From an uncultured Acetobacteraceae bacterium (GTDB taxonomy: Bacteria > Pseudomonadota > Alphaproteobacteria > Acetobacterales > Acetobacteraceae): DNA of 64,000 nt. The position numbers and the translations under genes are program-made. How positions within the stretch are numbered: position 1 is the first letter of the stretch; each line of letters opens with the position of its first letter. The notes under the pieces are model-generated. The model searched no databases. It saw nothing but the letters and a program-made list of their open reading frames with translations, and was not told the DNA's origin. Below are positions 37,289 to 46,200 of this stretch, piece after piece. Where the stretch lies: contig CAXTJP010000001.1 in assembly GCA_964244615.1 (NCBI GenBank), positions 27,488 to 91,487 on the forward strand, read 5' to 3'.

Positions 37289-39299
37289 CGCGGACACGCA
37301 GGACGCGGCCGAGAGACCATCTCCGATAGAGGCGGAGGTGCTGCGCATACGATCGCTGCTGCAGCTTGGCGACCATCGTCAGGCGCTGCAGGCCGGGTTC
37401 GCCCTGTGCGCCCGCGTGCCAGAAAACCGTGACGTGCTCTACATGATCGCCGTCGCGCAGCGGTACCTGCGGCTTCATGCCGACGCGCTGCAGACGCTGG
37501 CACGGCTGCAGGCAGCGCATCCCGCCTACAGCCGTCTCTACCAGGAGCGCGGCCATTGTTTCGCCGCCGCCGGCGATCCCGCCGCGGCCCTCGCGGCGTA
37601 TCTCGACGCGGTGAACCTCAACGCGGCGCTGCCGGCGAGCTGGCAGGCGCTGGCCGTGTTGTTCCGCGCCGCGGGCCGGACCGAAGAGGCGGGCATGGCG
37701 GCGGGCCACGTGGCCAAGCTCCGCCAGCTGCAGCCTGCGGTCGTGACGGCATCCAGCCTGTTTGCCGACGGCGAGGTGAACGAGGCCGAGCGGGTGATAC
37801 GGCAGTTCCTGCGCGAGCACCCACGCGACGTGGAGGGCATGCGGTTGCTCGCACGCATCGGCATGAAGCTCGACGGGCTGGAGGATGCCGAGTTCCTGCT
37901 GGAGAGCGTGCTGGCTTTCTCGCCCGGCTACCATCTCGCGCGCTACGACTACGTGCGCGTCCTGCTGCAACGCCATCGCAACGCCAAGGCATTGGAAGAA
38001 GCCAGGGTGCTGCTGCAGGCGGAGCCGGCCAACCGGGACTACCGTGCGGTTTACGCGACCGCCTGCCTGGCGCTGTCCGATTACGACGAGGCGATCCGCA
38101 CCTATCGCCAGCTTCTGGAAGAAGCACCGGCGGCGGCAGACCTGCATCTGTCGATCGGCCACGCCCTCAAGACGCTCGGGCGCCAGCAGGACGCGATCGC
38201 ATCCTATCGCGCGGCCGCTGCCGTCAAGCCCGGGTTCGGCGACGCCTACTGGAGCCTCGCGAACCTGAAGACCTACCGGTTCACCGACGACGAGATCGCC
38301 CGCATGCGGCAACAGGAGGCCGATCCGGCGGCGTCGGCGGTCGACCGCGCTCACCTGTGTTTCGCGCTGGGCAAGGCGCTGGAGGATCGCGCCTCCTACG
38401 CCGAGTCGTTCGGCTACTACGAGCGCGGCAACGCGCTGAAAAGGACCGAGACGCAGTACCGCCCGGACGCGATCGAGGGGAGCGCCCGACAGCAGGTGGC
38501 GCTGTTCACGCCGGCGTTCTTCGCCGCCCGTCCGGATTGGGGCTGCCCCAGCAACGAGCCGATCTTCGTGGTGGGGTTGCCGCGCGCGGGATCGACGCTG
38601 ATCGAACAGATCCTCGCCTCGCACTCGCAGGTCGAGGGCACGATGGAACTGGCCGACATCCCGCGCCTGGTGCTGCGCCTGCAGGGGCGCGCGCACGACG
38701 AGACCGCGCCCGCCTACCCGGCGGCGCTCGCCGACCTGTCTGCGGCGCAACTGCGCCGGCTGGGCGAAAGCTACCTGGCCGACACGCGCGTCTATCGCAC
38801 CGGCCGCGCGTTCTTCATCGACAAGAACCCGAACAATTTCCGCCATCTCGGGCTGATCCACCTCATGTTGCCGAACGCGCGCATCATCGACGCGCGGCGC
38901 GACCCGATGGCGTGCTGTTTCAGCAACTTCAAGCAGCTCTTCGCCTTCGGTCAGGAATTCACCTACGATCTGCGCGACATCGCCCGCTACTACCGCTCCT
39001 ACGTGGCGCTGATGGCGCATTGGGAGGCGGTGATGCCGCGGCACATCCTGCGCGTGCAGCACGAGGACGTGGTTGCGGACCTGGAGGGCAGCGTGCGACG
39101 CCTGCTCGATTTCTGCGGCCTGGCTTACGAGCCGGGCTGCGTCCTGTTCCACAGGACCGAGCGCAGCGTGCGCACCGCGAGCTCCGAACAGGTGCGTCGG
39201 CCCATCAACGCGGATGGGCTGTCGCAATGGACGCATTTCAGGCCCTGGCTCGGTGTGCTTGAGGATGCGCTGAAAGGCAGGGAAGGCCTTCTTTTTTGA
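37281..39299 (+). CDS. Tetratricopeptide-repeat protein with C-terminal sulfotransferase domain
   Basis: Several TPR-like helical repeats; PAPS-binding motif FVVGLPRAGSTLIEQIL, FIDKNP, RRDPMACCFS and VRTASSEQVR; the last 8 residues come from repeat copy C. Confidence 0.9.
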   Translation: MRSADTQDAAERPSPIEAEVLRIRSLLQLGDHRQALQAGFALCARVPENRDVLYMIAVAQRYLRLHADALQTLARLQAAHPAYSRLYQERGHCFAAAGDPAAALAAYLDAVNLNAALPASWQALAVLFRAAGRTEEAGMAAGHVAKLRQLQPAVVTASSLFADGEVNEAERVIRQFLREHPRDVEGMRLLARIGMKLDGLEDAEFLLESVLAFSPGYHLARYDYVRVLLQRHRNAKALEEARVLLQAEPANRDYRAVYATACLALSDYDEAIRTYRQLLEEAPAAADLHLSIGHALKTLGRQQDAIASYRAAAAVKPGFGDAYWSLANLKTYRFTDDEIARMRQQEADPAASAVDRAHLCFALGKALEDRASYAESFGYYERGNALKRTETQYRPDAIEGSARQQVALFTPAFFAARPDWGCPSNEPIFVVGLPRAGSTLIEQILASHSQVEGTMELADIPRLVLRLQGRAHDETAPAYPAALADLSAAQLRRLGESYLADTRVYRTGRAFFIDKNPNNFRHLGLIHLMLPNARIIDARRDPMACCFSNFKQLFAFGQEFTYDLRDIARYYRSYVALMAHWEAVMPRHILRVQHEDVVADLEGSVRRLLDFCGLAYEPGCVLFHRTERSVRTASSEQVRRPINADGLSQWTHFRPWLGVLEDALKGREGLLF

Positions 39300-39414
39300 A
39301 AAAAAAAGCAAAGAACTTCTGGTCGTGCTGTCGCCGAGGCTACAGATACCCGACCAATGATCAGAAGTTTTTTGGTCCTTTTTCTCAAAAAAGGACTGCT
39401 TGCTTTCCTTGCCT
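39275..39414 (+). repeat. AT-rich MITE/REP-like element, copy C (140 bp, best preserved)
   Basis: Terminal inverted repeats AGGCAGGGAA / TTCCTTGCCT; sub-terminal CTTTTTTGAAAAAA palindromic arms; separates two convergent genes and overlaps both stop codons. Confidence 0.85.
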
Positions 39415-42001
39415 AGTTGAAGCTGTAGCTGACCTTCAAACCCGCCGTCAGCGGCCGGGTCACGATGATCGACTGCACGAACTGCGCGGCGCTGATGAAC
39501 TCCTGGCCGCGCTCGTTGGTCAGGTTGTTGACGTAGAGCTGCGCCCGCCACGAATCCTTGGTCACGCCGACCGCTGCGTTCACCGTGGTGATCGGTGATT
39601 CGTAGAAATTGTTGAAGTTCGCTACCGCCGAGTGCGTGTGCGAGGAATGCGAGATGTTGGCCTGCACGAAGCAGAGATAGTCGTTCACGCTGAATTCGTA
39701 GCGCCCCAGGAGATCGCCCTTGAACGCCGGCGATTGTGCGAGCGTGTCTCCGACCTCGCCGAAAATGCCCACCGAACCCGGCAGGGCCGCCCCTGTCGCA
39801 CTGGTGACGGGCGGCGAGGTCAACTGCCTGGTGTCGTTGGCGGCGAAGCCGCCCGAAAGCGTCAGCCCGTCGAGCGGCACGGCACTCACCTGCACCTCCG
39901 CCCCGCGCACACGATAGTTCGGGCCGTTCACCGTGAAGGCCAGGTTGCCGAACGCGCCGGGATCAAACAGCCGGTCCTGCACGTTGTTCCAGTCTTCCTG
40001 GTAGAACGCGCCGTTCACCGTCAGCCTGCGCTGCAGGAACTGCATTTTGTAGCCGACCTCGTTGTTGGTCAGCGAGTCGGACTGGTAGCCGATCTGGCCC
40101 ACGAACGCGCCGTGATCGGTGCTCGGTGCGCGTCGGTTGAAGCCCGCCGGCCGGTAGCCCTGCGACCACGTGTAGTACAGCATGATGTCGGGCGTGACCT
40201 TCCAGGTCACGTTCGCACGGCTCTTGAAACCGTAATCGGCGCTCTTGAGGTTCTTGGCGTCCAGGTTGGTGGCGCCGGCGGTGCAGGGTACGCCGCCGGT
40301 GTAGAACACGCTGCAGCCGAAGCCGCTGACGACCGAGCCTTTCTCGAAATTGTGGAAGTCGTACCAACGCGTGCCCCCCGTGACCGTCAGGACATGCGGG
40401 ATGATGTCGAAATCGGCCGATCCGAAGATCGCGTACTGGGTGTAGCCGCGCGTTATGTCGTTGAAGAAGCCCGTCTGTGGCCCTCTCGGGTTCGGATCGG
40501 CGACCGTGCTACCGGGCGACGGCCCGAGCTGGGTGAAGCCGGGCGCGGTCAGATAGTTGAAGTTGGTCCGGTTCTGAATCTCGAAATCCTCGTAGAAGAA
40601 TCCTCCGATCGCCCGCAGCCGCCAGTTGTCCGGCGTGCTGATACGCGCCTCCTGGCTCAGATGCGTGTCGTGCTCGATATCCTGCCAGGTCGAGCCCGGC
40701 GAGTAGCATTGCGACTTGGCAAAGCCCTTGGCCGGGTTGGCCGGCTGGCACTGGTAGTAATCCGCGTAGAGGCCGCGCGCGTAGGCGGTGTAATCCTGTA
40801 TCTGGTCGGTGTTGCGTATCAGGTAGGCGCCGTCATAGACGACCTTCAGCGGGCCGACCCGCCCATCGATGGTCAGCGCGGTGTTCTCGAAGAAATCCCT
40901 GTCCGTGGTCGGCTCATAGAGCTGGACCGACAGGTCGGGCAGCTTGACCGGGCTGGAGCCGGAGCTCTGCGGCGTCTCGTAGAACACGCCGTCCGCGTCC
41001 AGGTTCTGCACCGATTGCGACAGCAGCGCGCTCCAATCGTCGCTGAACTTCCACAGCAGCTCGCCGCGGGTGCCCACGTAGTTCACCGGGTTGATGTTGT
41101 TCTGCACCAGCGATGCGTTGTTGATCGAGTTCGTGGCCGTGGCCGGTCCGGGGATGTTGTTGGTGTAGCCGGCATAGTGGATGCCGCGATCGGTGCTCTG
41201 GCGCACGAAGGTGCCGGGCACGTTGTCGATGTAGCCGCCGCGCTGGTCGTCGTACACCGTCAGGCGCAGCGCCATCTCGTTCGTCACGAGCGGGACGTTG
41301 ACGGTGGCGTCAACGTTCTTGCTCAGCGCGCCGTGCACCGTGCCGGCGATGCCGGTGTCCACGGTGGCGCTGAACCGGTCGAGCACCGGCTTGTTGGTGA
41401 TGTAGCGAAGCACGCCGCCCTGCGCGCCGGACCCGAACAGCGTGCCCTGCGGACCCTCGAGCACTTCGACCTGCTGCAGGTCAGCCGTGTAGATGTCGAG
41501 GTTGCGTCCGGGAACCTGGGCGGACTGGTCGTCGAGGTAGACGGCCACGTTGGGAAACGAGCCGACGCCGCCGCCGCCCTGGCCGCCTTCGTCACCGCCG
41601 ATGCTGAGGCCGCGCATATAGACGTTGACCTGCCCGGGGCCGAAGCCGCCCTGCGTGACGTTGGGCAGAACCCTGATCAGATCGTCGAAGTTCTCGATGC
41701 TCTGCCGCTTCAGCGCGGCGCCGCTCAGCACCTGTATGGAAATCGGAACGTCCTGCAGGTTCTGTACACGCCGCTGCGCCGTCACGATGACGCTTTCGGT
41801 CGCCGATGTGCTCTTCGGTGTCTTGTTCGGCGCCGCCTTCGTCGTGGCCCCCGTGCTTGCCGGCGCCTGATCGGCGGCGGGCTGTTGGGCTCGGGATGCG
41901 ACCGTGCACACCACGCTCAGGGCCACGCCCGACAGAAGCGCCCTTCGCATGCCCAGCCAGATCGGCCTCTTGTGAAAGCGCTCGGTCGTGATCGCAGCCA
42001 T
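39413..42001 (-). CDS. TonB-dependent outer-membrane receptor
   Basis: Signal peptide; TonB box/plug ESVIVTAQRRVQNLQDVPISI and VEVLEGPQGTLFG; beta-barrel; C-terminal YVNNLTNE...GLKVSYSFN. Confidence 0.95.
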   Translation of the reverse strand: MAAITTERFHKRPIWLGMRRALLSGVALSVVCTVASRAQQPAADQAPASTGATTKAAPNKTPKSTSATESVIVTAQRRVQNLQDVPISIQVLSGAALKRQSIENFDDLIRVLPNVTQGGFGPGQVNVYMRGLSIGGDEGGQGGGGVGSFPNVAVYLDDQSAQVPGRNLDIYTADLQQVEVLEGPQGTLFGSGAQGGVLRYITNKPVLDRFSATVDTGIAGTVHGALSKNVDATVNVPLVTNEMALRLTVYDDQRGGYIDNVPGTFVRQSTDRGIHYAGYTNNIPGPATATNSINNASLVQNNINPVNYVGTRGELLWKFSDDWSALLSQSVQNLDADGVFYETPQSSGSSPVKLPDLSVQLYEPTTDRDFFENTALTIDGRVGPLKVVYDGAYLIRNTDQIQDYTAYARGLYADYYQCQPANPAKGFAKSQCYSPGSTWQDIEHDTHLSQEARISTPDNWRLRAIGGFFYEDFEIQNRTNFNYLTAPGFTQLGPSPGSTVADPNPRGPQTGFFNDITRGYTQYAIFGSADFDIIPHVLTVTGGTRWYDFHNFEKGSVVSGFGCSVFYTGGVPCTAGATNLDAKNLKSADYGFKSRANVTWKVTPDIMLYYTWSQGYRPAGFNRRAPSTDHGAFVGQIGYQSDSLTNNEVGYKMQFLQRRLTVNGAFYQEDWNNVQDRLFDPGAFGNLAFTVNGPNYRVRGAEVQVSAVPLDGLTLSGGFAANDTRQLTSPPVTSATGAALPGSVGIFGEVGDTLAQSPAFKGDLLGRYEFSVNDYLCFVQANISHSSHTHSAVANFNNFYESPITTVNAAVGVTKDSWRAQLYVNNLTNERGQEFISAAQFVQSIIVTRPLTAGLKVSYSFN

Positions 42002-42307
42002 GGCTCAGGCACCCCCTCGATGGACCTCCGAGCACAGGCCAGGCCTGATGCCCTCTTGAATGCCGGCCGCCCCCCCGGGCACTCGCTGGCTTCTGAAAAG
42101 CCGAGATCCGGACACCGGACTCGGCCTGTCGGCAGGCACGGACCGCCTGGCACGCCAAGCCGGTCGTGCGCCGGATCATTCTACGTTGAACATGGTTGCC
42201 TGACATCCGGGCGAACAAGCAATCGCTAATCGTCATCAGCCTGTCGCTTTTTCGACGGTGTTGCACGGGCGGGAGCAGGCAGGGCGCAACGCCTGTCGGG
42301 CAGCCCG

Positions 42308-43219
42308 TTACGGCTGCGTCGCCGGGTGGGGTCCGGGGTGGTGCGGCTGCCACGCGTATCGCGCGGCCACGTCCCGGTAGCCGCGATAGACCGGCCCGCG
42401 CCGTGTCGAGATCATGCGCGCGCGCGCCAGACGCCATTGGGCGGGAAGCTCGTACCACGGAACGGACGGGCGCTCGTGATGCAAGACATGCAGGTTGTTG
42501 TTGAGGTAGAGCAGACCCAGCAGGCCCGCGCGTTCGACCACGGCGGTGCGGTCCTCCTGTCGCTCCGCGGCGTGATGTTCGACCAGCGATCGCAGCAGGA
42601 TCAGCGCGGCGCCCGGATAGACGAAGCACGCGACGTAGCCCAGCAGGTCTATACGGCAAACGCCGCACACCCAGCCGAGGACCAGGGCCACCCCCGACGC
42701 GTGCGCCAGCCAGACGCGCCAGAACGCGCCATCCCGGGTTCGGCGCAGCTGGCTCCGCCCGAACAGGACGATGGTGCAGGCGGGGCCCAGCAACAGGCGG
42801 CCGGACAGCGTGTTGCACGCACCGTGCAGCCCACGCCGGACCCGCCCGGCCCGGGCCCAGGCCGCAGGCGTCATGTAGGTGCTCTCCGGGTCTTCGAACG
42901 GATCCGTCAGTTCGGCCTGGTGGTGCTTCAGGTGGGAAAGCCGGTAAAGCGGGTAGGGCAGCCAAAGGTTGAGCGGCGGCCAGGCAAGCAGGCCGTTGAT
43001 ACGCTCGCTGCGCGTCGGGTGGCCGTGCATCAGCTCGTGCTGCAGGGACATGTGCCAGGCGCAGAGCCAGGCCGCTGCGGGCAGGACCACCCAGACCGGC
43101 AAGGTGTTCCAGCAGACGGTCAGTGCCAGCCAGCCACCATATATGGTGAAGGCGAGGATCCAGGTCGGCGCCTCCAGCCGCCGCGCCGTCCGCCGCGCCG
43201 CTTTGAACCACTGAACCAT
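42308..43219 (-). CDS. Membrane fatty-acid-desaturase-family di-iron enzyme
   Basis: Three His boxes QHELMH, SHLKHH and LHVLHH, plus TM segments; start at ATG 43219. Confidence 0.88.
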   Translation of the reverse strand: MVQWFKAARRTARRLEAPTWILAFTIYGGWLALTVCWNTLPVWVVLPAAAWLCAWHMSLQHELMHGHPTRSERINGLLAWPPLNLWLPYPLYRLSHLKHHQAELTDPFEDPESTYMTPAAWARAGRVRRGLHGACNTLSGRLLLGPACTIVLFGRSQLRRTRDGAFWRVWLAHASGVALVLGWVCGVCRIDLLGYVACFVYPGAALILLRSLVEHHAAERQEDRTAVVERAGLLGLLYLNNNLHVLHHERPSVPWYELPAQWRLARARMISTRRGPVYRGYRDVAARYAWQPHHPGPHPATQP

Positions 43220-43308
43220 CTGCTCTCCCGGCACCCGCGTTTTCCAAAACCCGGCATGAACATAGGGGAAGATGCGTCGGCTTGGCCCTGCCGCGTTTGC
43301 GGAGAAAT

Positions 43309-43363
43309 TGCGGCATTTAAGCACGTCACAACCCACATGTTGTGTTCACGCAGCATTTGCCGC
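43309..43363. promoter_or_regulatory. Nested dyad (TGCGGCA...CACAAC-N5-GTTGTG...TGCCGCA), putative XRE operator
   Basis: Inner perfect inverted repeat at 43327-43343 and outer 7-bp arms at 43309-43315 and 43357-43363, with nearly the same centre, between the divergent desaturase and XRE genes. Confidence 0.5.
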
Positions 43364-43392
43364 ATATCTTGCCTCCTATGAGGTGAGAACGC

Positions 43393-44259
43393 ATGCCGCC
43401 TTCGACCGCTCTGGACCGCCGCGAAATCCTGCCGCGCTTCCAGCAGCGGCTGCGGCAGGTCCTGGCCCGATCCGAGATGAGCCAGACCGATTTCGCCCTG
43501 GCCGCGGGGATCGACCGGAGCACCCTCTCCCAGCTGCTGGCCGCAGGGGCGGACCGGCTGCCGAGGGTCGAGTCGGTCGCCGCCATCGCGCAGATCGGCA
43601 ACACCTCGATGGACTGGTTGCTCGGCCTGAGCCAGGGCGAGCAGCCGGGGTCGAACATGGTGTCCGAGAGCCTGCAGATCGAACGCGACGCGCCGAGCCC
43701 GCTCGACGAGCGCCTGCTCGGCTGGCTGAAGGAGGCCTCCGGCTACCGGATACGGCACATCCCCACCACCTTCCCGGACGTGCTCAAGACCGATGCGGTG
43801 ATCGAGGACGAGTACAGCCACTACGCGGCACTGGGGCCGCGCCGCCGGATCGAGATCACCCAGTCCCGCCTGGAGTATCTCCGCCAGCCGGAGACCGAGA
43901 TCGAGTGCTGCACCGCCATCCAGACCTTCGAGGCCCTGGCGCGCGGCGAGGACATCTGGCGCGGCATCAGGCCGGCACAACGGCGCGCGCAGCTGGAGCA
44001 GATCGTCTCGCTGTGCGACGAGTTCTACCCGCGCCTGCGGCTGTTCCTCTACGACCGCAAGGAGCTGTTCTCGATCCCGCTGACCGTGTTCGGGCCGTTG
44101 CGTGCGGCGATCTATCTCGGCCAGACCTACTTCGTGTTCCACTCGACGGAGCACATACGCGCGCTGACCCGCCACTTCGACCAGATCGTGCGCGGCGCCA
44201 TCGTCCAGCCGACCGGCATCGCCGACTACATGGCGAAGTTGCTGGGGCGGAGTTCCTGA
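43393..44259 (+). CDS. XRE/Cro-C1 family transcriptional regulator with C-terminal ligand-binding-like domain
   Basis: N-terminal HTH MSQTDFALAAGIDRSTLSQLL...SMDWLLGL; GAGG RBS. Confidence 0.85.
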   Translation: MPPSTALDRREILPRFQQRLRQVLARSEMSQTDFALAAGIDRSTLSQLLAAGADRLPRVESVAAIAQIGNTSMDWLLGLSQGEQPGSNMVSESLQIERDAPSPLDERLLGWLKEASGYRIRHIPTTFPDVLKTDAVIEDEYSHYAALGPRRRIEITQSRLEYLRQPETEIECCTAIQTFEALARGEDIWRGIRPAQRRAQLEQIVSLCDEFYPRLRLFLYDRKELFSIPLTVFGPLRAAIYLGQTYFVFHSTEHIRALTRHFDQIVRGAIVQPTGIADYMAKLLGRSS

Positions 44260-44361
44260 AGGCAAGCAGCCCGCTACCGGTCGGGTGTCTGTGGAAACTC
44301 CGCGCCAGCACGACCAAAAGTCTTTTGCTTCTTTTCTTCAGAAAAGAAGGCCTTCCTTACC
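44260..44361 (-). repeat. AT-rich MITE/REP-like element, copy D (one arm reduced)
   Basis: The minus strand GGTAAGGAAGGCCTTCTTTTCTGAAGAAAAGAAGCAAAAGACTTTTGGTCGTGCTGGCGCGGAG...CACAGACACCCGACC aligns with copy C; the other end is CTGCTTGCCT. Confidence 0.8.
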
Positions 44362-45138
44362 CGCCCCGATGGCCAGCACCGCGTCGTAGGCGCCCGGTTC
44401 GAACACCGCGACTCCGTCCAGCAACAACGCGTCCCGAACAGCCGCCAGCGCCGGGTCGCCGGCAACCTCATCGATGGCCTGCCGCAGAGCCGCCAGGGTG
44501 GGCGCGTCCGTGCCGGCGCCGGTGATCAGCGGCAGGCCCGGGCTGGCGGCGGTCCAGGCCAGCACGCGCAGCCCGGCGGTCAAGTTCGGGCGCAGACGCT
44601 GCAGCTGCGCCCAGGTGACGCAGTCGATCGCCGCCACGTCGGCGCGGCCCTCCGCCACCGCGCGGATGCTGGCCGCGTGGGCGCCGGTCCAGACGATTTC
44701 GCCGAAGAACGGGGCACGGCCGGGGAGCGCCGCCACCGCTTGGCGCAACAGGTTCATGCCGCTGTTGGAGGCGGCGTCGTTCACCGCGCAGCGCCGCCCG
44801 CGCAGCGCGGCCAGCGTGCGGGCGGGCTCGGCCGCGCGCACCACGATGGCGCTACGATAGGACGCGCCCTGGCAGCCCAACGCGCGGTAGCAGGGCGTGG
44901 CGACGACGGTGACGCGGCCTCTCAGCGCGGTCGCCAGCGGGTAGCCGCAGGTCTGCGCCAACAGCAGGCCGGAATCGGTCCACAACGCATCGGGGGACGG
45001 TCCTCGCGTCAGCGACGCCGGCGCCTCGACCCCGAGCCGCGTCAGGCGCCCGGCGATGGCGGCCCACAGCGCGTCGGTCGCCGGACGCAGCTCCTCGAAA
45101 TCGTACATCGGCAAGGCGGCGAGACGGGGCGGGTTCAC
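44338..45138 (-). CDS. PhnD/SsuA/transferrin-like periplasmic-binding-fold protein without a signal peptide
   Basis: N-terminus LAALPMYD, LAQTCGYPL, YRSAIVVR, SNSGMN, AHAASI and ADVAAIDCVT; GTG start overlaps the LysR stop (GTGA). Confidence 0.78.
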   Translation of the reverse strand: MNPPRLAALPMYDFEELRPATDALWAAIAGRLTRLGVEAPASLTRGPSPDALWTDSGLLLAQTCGYPLATALRGRVTVVATPCYRALGCQGASYRSAIVVRAAEPARTLAALRGRRCAVNDAASNSGMNLLRQAVAALPGRAPFFGEIVWTGAHAASIRAVAEGRADVAAIDCVTWAQLQRLRPNLTAGLRVLAWTAASPGLPLITGAGTDAPTLAALRQAIDEVAGDPALAAVRDALLLDGVAVFEPGAYDAVLAIGAGKEGLLF

Positions 45139-46052
45139 GGCGGGACGTCGCGCGCGAAGTTGCGGATCATCCACGCGCGAAACACCGCGATGACCGGGTC
45201 GGCCAGGTCGTCGGCCGCGAGATGGAGGAAGTAGCCGTAGCCGTCCTCGAACGTCTCGGCGAAGGGTGTGACGAGGATGCCGGCGGCGATGTCCGGCGCG
45301 AACAGGTCGCGGTCGAGCAGCACCACGCCCTCGCCGCCGGCGGCGTATTGCGCGGCCAGCGCGGCGGTGTCGAAGGCGAGCCCCCGGTTCGTTTGCATGT
45401 CCAGGCCGAAATGCCGGGAGAACGCCTGCCAGATCATGCCCGGCGGCTCGCCCTCGAGCTTGACGTGCAGCAGCTCGTTATCCGCGATGAAGCGGGCTAG
45501 CGCGCGGCCCGGCTGGGCTGCGGCCAGCGCCGGGCTGCAGCCGGGCGTCACGCGCGACATCCACAGCAGGTCCGACACCGCCTCTCCGCTGCGCGGCCGG
45601 TCGTAGACGACGGCCACGTCGGTCTTCGTGGGCGGCGCGCCGGTCATGCCGAGGCTGGAGATCTCGATGAAGATGTCGGGGAAGTCCTTCCGAAACGCCT
45701 GCAGGATGGGCAGGGCCAGCTTCTGCGCGAACGAGGGCGGCAGCTGCAGGCGCAGCGTGCGCAGGCCGCCGCCGTCGCGCACCACGTCGTTCAGCGCGTG
45801 CTCGATCCGGTCGAAGGATCCGCGCACCGTCGGCAGCAGCGCGCCGCCCGCCTTGGTCAGCGCCAGCGATTGCGGGCGCCGCTCGAACAATGCGTGGCCC
45901 AGCAGCTCCTCCAGCCCGATCACGTGCCGGCTGACGGCGCTCTGCGACACGCCGAGCGCCTGTGCGGCCGCCGTGAAGCTGAGGTGGCGCCCGACCGCGT
46001 CGAAGGCGCGAAGCGCGTTCAGCGGCAGCCAGCGCCTGTCGAACGTGACCAA
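45135..46052 (-). CDS. LysR family transcriptional regulator (GcvA-like)
   Basis: HTH LPLNALRAFDAVGRHLSFTAAAQALGVSQSAVSRHVIGLEELLG; start (TTG 46052) uncertain. Confidence 0.9.
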   Translation of the reverse strand: MVTFDRRWLPLNALRAFDAVGRHLSFTAAAQALGVSQSAVSRHVIGLEELLGHALFERRPQSLALTKAGGALLPTVRGSFDRIEHALNDVVRDGGGLRTLRLQLPPSFAQKLALPILQAFRKDFPDIFIEISSLGMTGAPPTKTDVAVVYDRPRSGEAVSDLLWMSRVTPGCSPALAAAQPGRALARFIADNELLHVKLEGEPPGMIWQAFSRHFGLDMQTNRGLAFDTAALAAQYAAGGEGVVLLDRDLFAPDIAAGILVTPFAETFEDGYGYFLHLAADDLADPVIAVFRAWMIRNFARDVPP

Positions 46053-46117
46053 AGGGTGGGGCCTTCCCGGACGATGCCGCCCATCATCGGCCAACACCCC
46101 GGAATACCAAATAGCCC

Positions 46118-46134
46118 AATGCCGATTAGGCATT
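46118..46134. promoter_or_regulatory. Putative LysR recognition site AATGCC-N5-GGCATT (T-N11-A)
   Basis: Perfect inverted repeat containing T46120-N11-A46132, between the divergent LysR and Rieske genes. Confidence 0.65.
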
Positions 46135-46200
46135 ATCGCGCGTCGCCGGGCTGTGCCATGCGGTTTGATGCGGCCGCACACACACGGCCCGGAGGTGGCG

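Noticed and set aside
42002-42307. Possible riboswitch in the 300-bp leader of the TonB receptor
   Set aside because: GC-rich short stems exist, but I could not find cobalamin, TPP, SAM or glycine riboswitch consensus elements; an Rfam/Infernal scan would settle it
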